Assembly: GCA_965113315.1 (NCBI GenBank)
Contig: OZ220363.1
Strand: one strand, 5' to 3'
Length of the DNA: 64,000 bases
Origin: Podarcis vaucheri
Lineage: Eukaryota
Positions 43,987-64,000 of this stretch are shown here, piece by piece (within the stretch, counting starts at the first letter, position 1; every line of letters starts with the position of its first letter). The notes below the pieces were generated by a model. That model saw only the letters and a program-made list of their open reading frames with translations, was not told the DNA's origin and made no database searches. Both the position numbers and the translations under genes were made by a program.

Positions 43987-45514
43987 ACAAATATTTATTT
44001 CCACTTTGTTTTTTGTCTTTTCTAAGTGCATTAATACTTGGTATTTACATAATGCTTTGGAATGATACCCAACAAGTCATGCTTGGAGTAGACCCAGTGG
44101 AATTAAATGGACAATTCAGTTTCAGTTTATTTCAGATTTCAATTGAGCTATGACATAGCTGGAAATTATCCTTAATGTACTGACAGGGTTTCATGTACAG
44201 CATTTCAATAATTATTACAACACTGCAGGGTAGGTTGGTGAAATCCAGTGCATGCTTTACCTAGAAGTAAACCATTCTGTGTCCTCTGGGGCTTACTCCT
44301 TAATGTGTTTAGCACTGTAGCTTCATTATTGTATCTACTATGCAGCACTATACAACTTGCAGGTAGTGTTGGGTGTTCATATATAATTTCCTATATTGCT
44401 TTCCCCACCCCAGTGTTCATAGTATTAAAACAGCCACCTAACTGATTATTGATTGGTAAAATTGGTATACCTCTCAATATAAAAAGAAATCTATACATTT
44501 ACATGAAATATAATTAAGGGAGTAGGGGGAAGGTGGATATAAAATCATATAAAAATACAACACCATCAAATAATTTTTAGAAGTCAAAACTGAGTACTGT
44601 AGAACTATATCATAGGTATAACTTGAGTAGTGCACAAGAAAGAAAAAGTTTAAGAATTAGAAATGAGCGAAAGCTTGGGTAACAGTTGTTTAAAGCTGGT
44701 TACTGTCTCAACCTTTTGAGCCACCCAGGAGAGGGCATACCAAATGGAGGGTACCACCACCAATAAATCATCCTCCTTGTCTAGGTTTACTTACAAAAAC
44801 ATGAAAAATGTAATGATGCAGAACATCTATTACGCTTTGTGTACTTCTTACGCAGGGCAAAACATGTTAAACAATCCAAAGCAGACAAATGTTTATACAA
44901 ATAAAACCAATGTTTTAGACTTAATACCTATAGTCAAATAGCTCAGGCCAATGGCACCACCATATATTATTAACATGCACAAGCCTATAAATGTGGACAC
45001 ACACTCCAGCCCCCATGCAGCTTACATAGGGTCTGAACATGCATCTTCACGCATGTGAGTACATTGCTTTGAAGTCTTGCAGCTAAACTATGTAAGCCGC
45101 CTCAACTGAAAAGTGTTAGGTGGAAAAAGTGGTATGAAACCCAAGTTCACCAACTTGGATGGATTTAAAGGAGGATTGGACAAACTCGTGGAAGTGAAGG
45201 CTTATGTTGAACCTCTGTATGCCAGTTGCTGGGAATCAAGGGGGGGGGGGCTGTTTTACGCAGGTCCCATTGGTGGACTTCCCAAAGGCATCCAGGCAGC
45301 TATTGTGAGCAGGATGCAGCACTAGATCCAGCAGGGCTCATGCACTCAGTGCCTGCATGCCTGAATTTAACAACTCACATTTGGTGTGTTTTATTGTTTG
45401 TTTCTCGAACAACCATTGCCAATCAGCTAATTGTCCCTGCACTTAGTTCCTTCCTGGCCCCTTTCTTTATGAGAGCCATGCACACATGGCAGGTACCTGA
45501 TCAAGTGGACTATC

Positions 45515-46100
45515 CAGGGCTGGATTTAGGTTTGATGAGGCCCTAAGCTACTGAAGGTAATGGGGCCCTTTATATGTCCAGCTGTCCTTTGTCAACAACA
45601 AATTGTCCGTGTTTGTTTGTGTTGAATATATGCTATTGGTAATTTATGGACCTAATAAGGTATCTAAAGCCATTTGGACATACAGAATGTAGGCACCCTA
45701 TATACAGAAATGCAGTGGCGTAGCGTGGGTTGTCAGCACCTGGGGCAAGGCAAGTAATTTGCGCCCCCTAACCCGTGGATTTGCGCCCCCTAACCCTAAC
45801 CCCCAGATGTTGCGCCCGGTGCGGCCGGCCCCCCCCTGCACCCCCCCACTACGCCACTGCAGAAATGAGCAAACCAGTGATATTTTAGGGAGCAGACTAG
45901 CAGGCGGAGCCCATTACTTACACCATAGGAGACTACACAAAACACTGTTGCTGTATGTAGGTTTTATTTTATTTGTTGTTTATCTTATATTTTGGAAATG
46001 TACATCCAGGTGTTCTTTTCCTTTAATTTTTTTGGGGGGACCCCAAGAGAGTGGGGTCCTAAGCTATAGCTTGTTTAGCTTATACGTAAATCCGGCACTG
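45515..46100. mobile_element. Non-autonomous DNA transposon (hAT-like), host of a nested MITE
   Basis: TIRs cagggctggattta / taaatccggcactg; sub-terminal ccctaagcta repeats; no clean TSD. Confidence 0.75.
45713..45859. mobile_element. Nested hAT MITE
   Basis: TIRs cagtggcgtagcgtggg / ccccactacgccactg; perfect 8-bp TSD CAGAAATG (45705-45712, 45860-45867). Confidence 0.92.
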
Positions 46101-46194
46101 GCTAGCCCACGGATGCTTAGGCTGCCTAATAAATCTGTTAGCCTGCGAGGTGCCACAAGTCTCTGGGCTGCATCTGTCGTGGATGCTTCAGCTG

Positions 46195-46262
46195 AGATTC
46201 CTGCATTGCAAGAGGGCTGGACTAATGACCCTCGGGGTACCTTTCCAACTCTACGATTCTAC
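46195..46262 (+). mobile_element. CR1 3' tail at the edge of the ERCC3 CpG island
   Basis: gattcctgcattgcaagagggctggacta...ttccaactctacgattcta. Confidence 0.7.
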
Positions 46263-46596
46263 GACACCCGACGGTCAGCGACCTCCTTTCTGCCAAACGG
46301 CCGGCCCTGCTGCGCTCCCCGGCAAATCCGCCTCTTTCCTGGGCACTTGGGAAAGCGGCTCCAGGCTGAAAGAGGCCCCATCGCGGCAACTTTAGCCCTG
46401 GGGGCGCACGCCTCTTTCCCTCCCGCGCAAACCCCCCGTTCCTGTCGCCCCCCCCCCACATATCGGCCATGTTATGGAGGCGGAGAGGAACCGGATTCGC
46501 TCCCTGTCCTGCTCCGGAAGCGGCGGGGCGAATGGGAAGGGACGCGGAAGGGAGGCGTGAAAGCGGCGTTGCGCACTCTGCCGAAGCCGCGTCCCG

Positions 46597-63711
<17,115 letters not shown>

Positions 63712-64000
63712 GCAAGTGGATATCATGGTAGCCTGTCAAGTTTGATGTGGAGCAAAGAGGAATTTAATGTTCAACGCCGCTCACCACACCCACCGCCCAA
63801 GGGAAGTGGCCCTGCCTCTACCTGCTTCAGTGGCAGTGGCTTCCATGATGAATGAGAGGAAAGGAAGTAGAAAGTTATTTTCCCCATTCCTGTCCATCCT
63901 GCAAGAAAGAATAAAAGGAGGGAGTTTTTTTCAGGATACAGGTGGTGAATGATTATGAGGGGACACAACCTAGCTCCGAAAATAAAGTGTGTGTGTGTGT

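Larger units (their letters stand above)
31194..44010 (+). other. MAP3K2: Probable long MAP3K2 3' UTR (distal limit inferred)
   Basis: No further exons; AU-rich and repeat-poor; AATAAA at 41744, 43331 and 43981, the last followed by a U/GU-rich tract. Confidence 0.5.

Noticed and set aside
63712-63855. Idea that intron 14 was lost and this is the true diverged exon 15
   Set aside because: Lacks the conserved GADD..YMEY and HPLFKRF motifs, and the perfect GC-donor consensus explains the boundary better

Overview
Vertebrate genomic DNA from a squamate reptile. The repeat families (Sauria SINEs, Squam3-like SINE, CR1/L2 tails, Tigger-like and hAT MITEs) suggest a lizard, probably a lacertid; the species is inferred, not shown. 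Three intron-containing genes lie in tandem on the + strand. (1) The last two coding exons of PECR (338-449, 1621-1709), ending in a peroxisomal SKL signal and missed by the ORF track. (2) The complete MAP3K2/MEKK2 coding sequence: 16 coding exons, 14401-31193, 1860 nt = 619 aa, with a CpG-island promoter at about 4.2-6.2 kb and a probably very long 3' UTR reaching about 44.0 kb. (3) ERCC3/XPB exons 1-14 (46597-63711); the last exon is outside the window. Most other ORF-track entries are non-coding or transposon-derived. The most notable observations are a hAT-MITE core apparently exapted as a paired ZNF143/THAP11 + CCAAT module in the MAP3K2 promoter, a GC donor at ERCC3 intron 14 followed by an open read-through frame and poly(A) signals, a V-to-A change in the MEKK2 activation loop, a 6-codon uORF, a 119-nt intronic hairpin and nested or tandem hAT insertions. 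I see no evidence of a wholly new multi-gene system.
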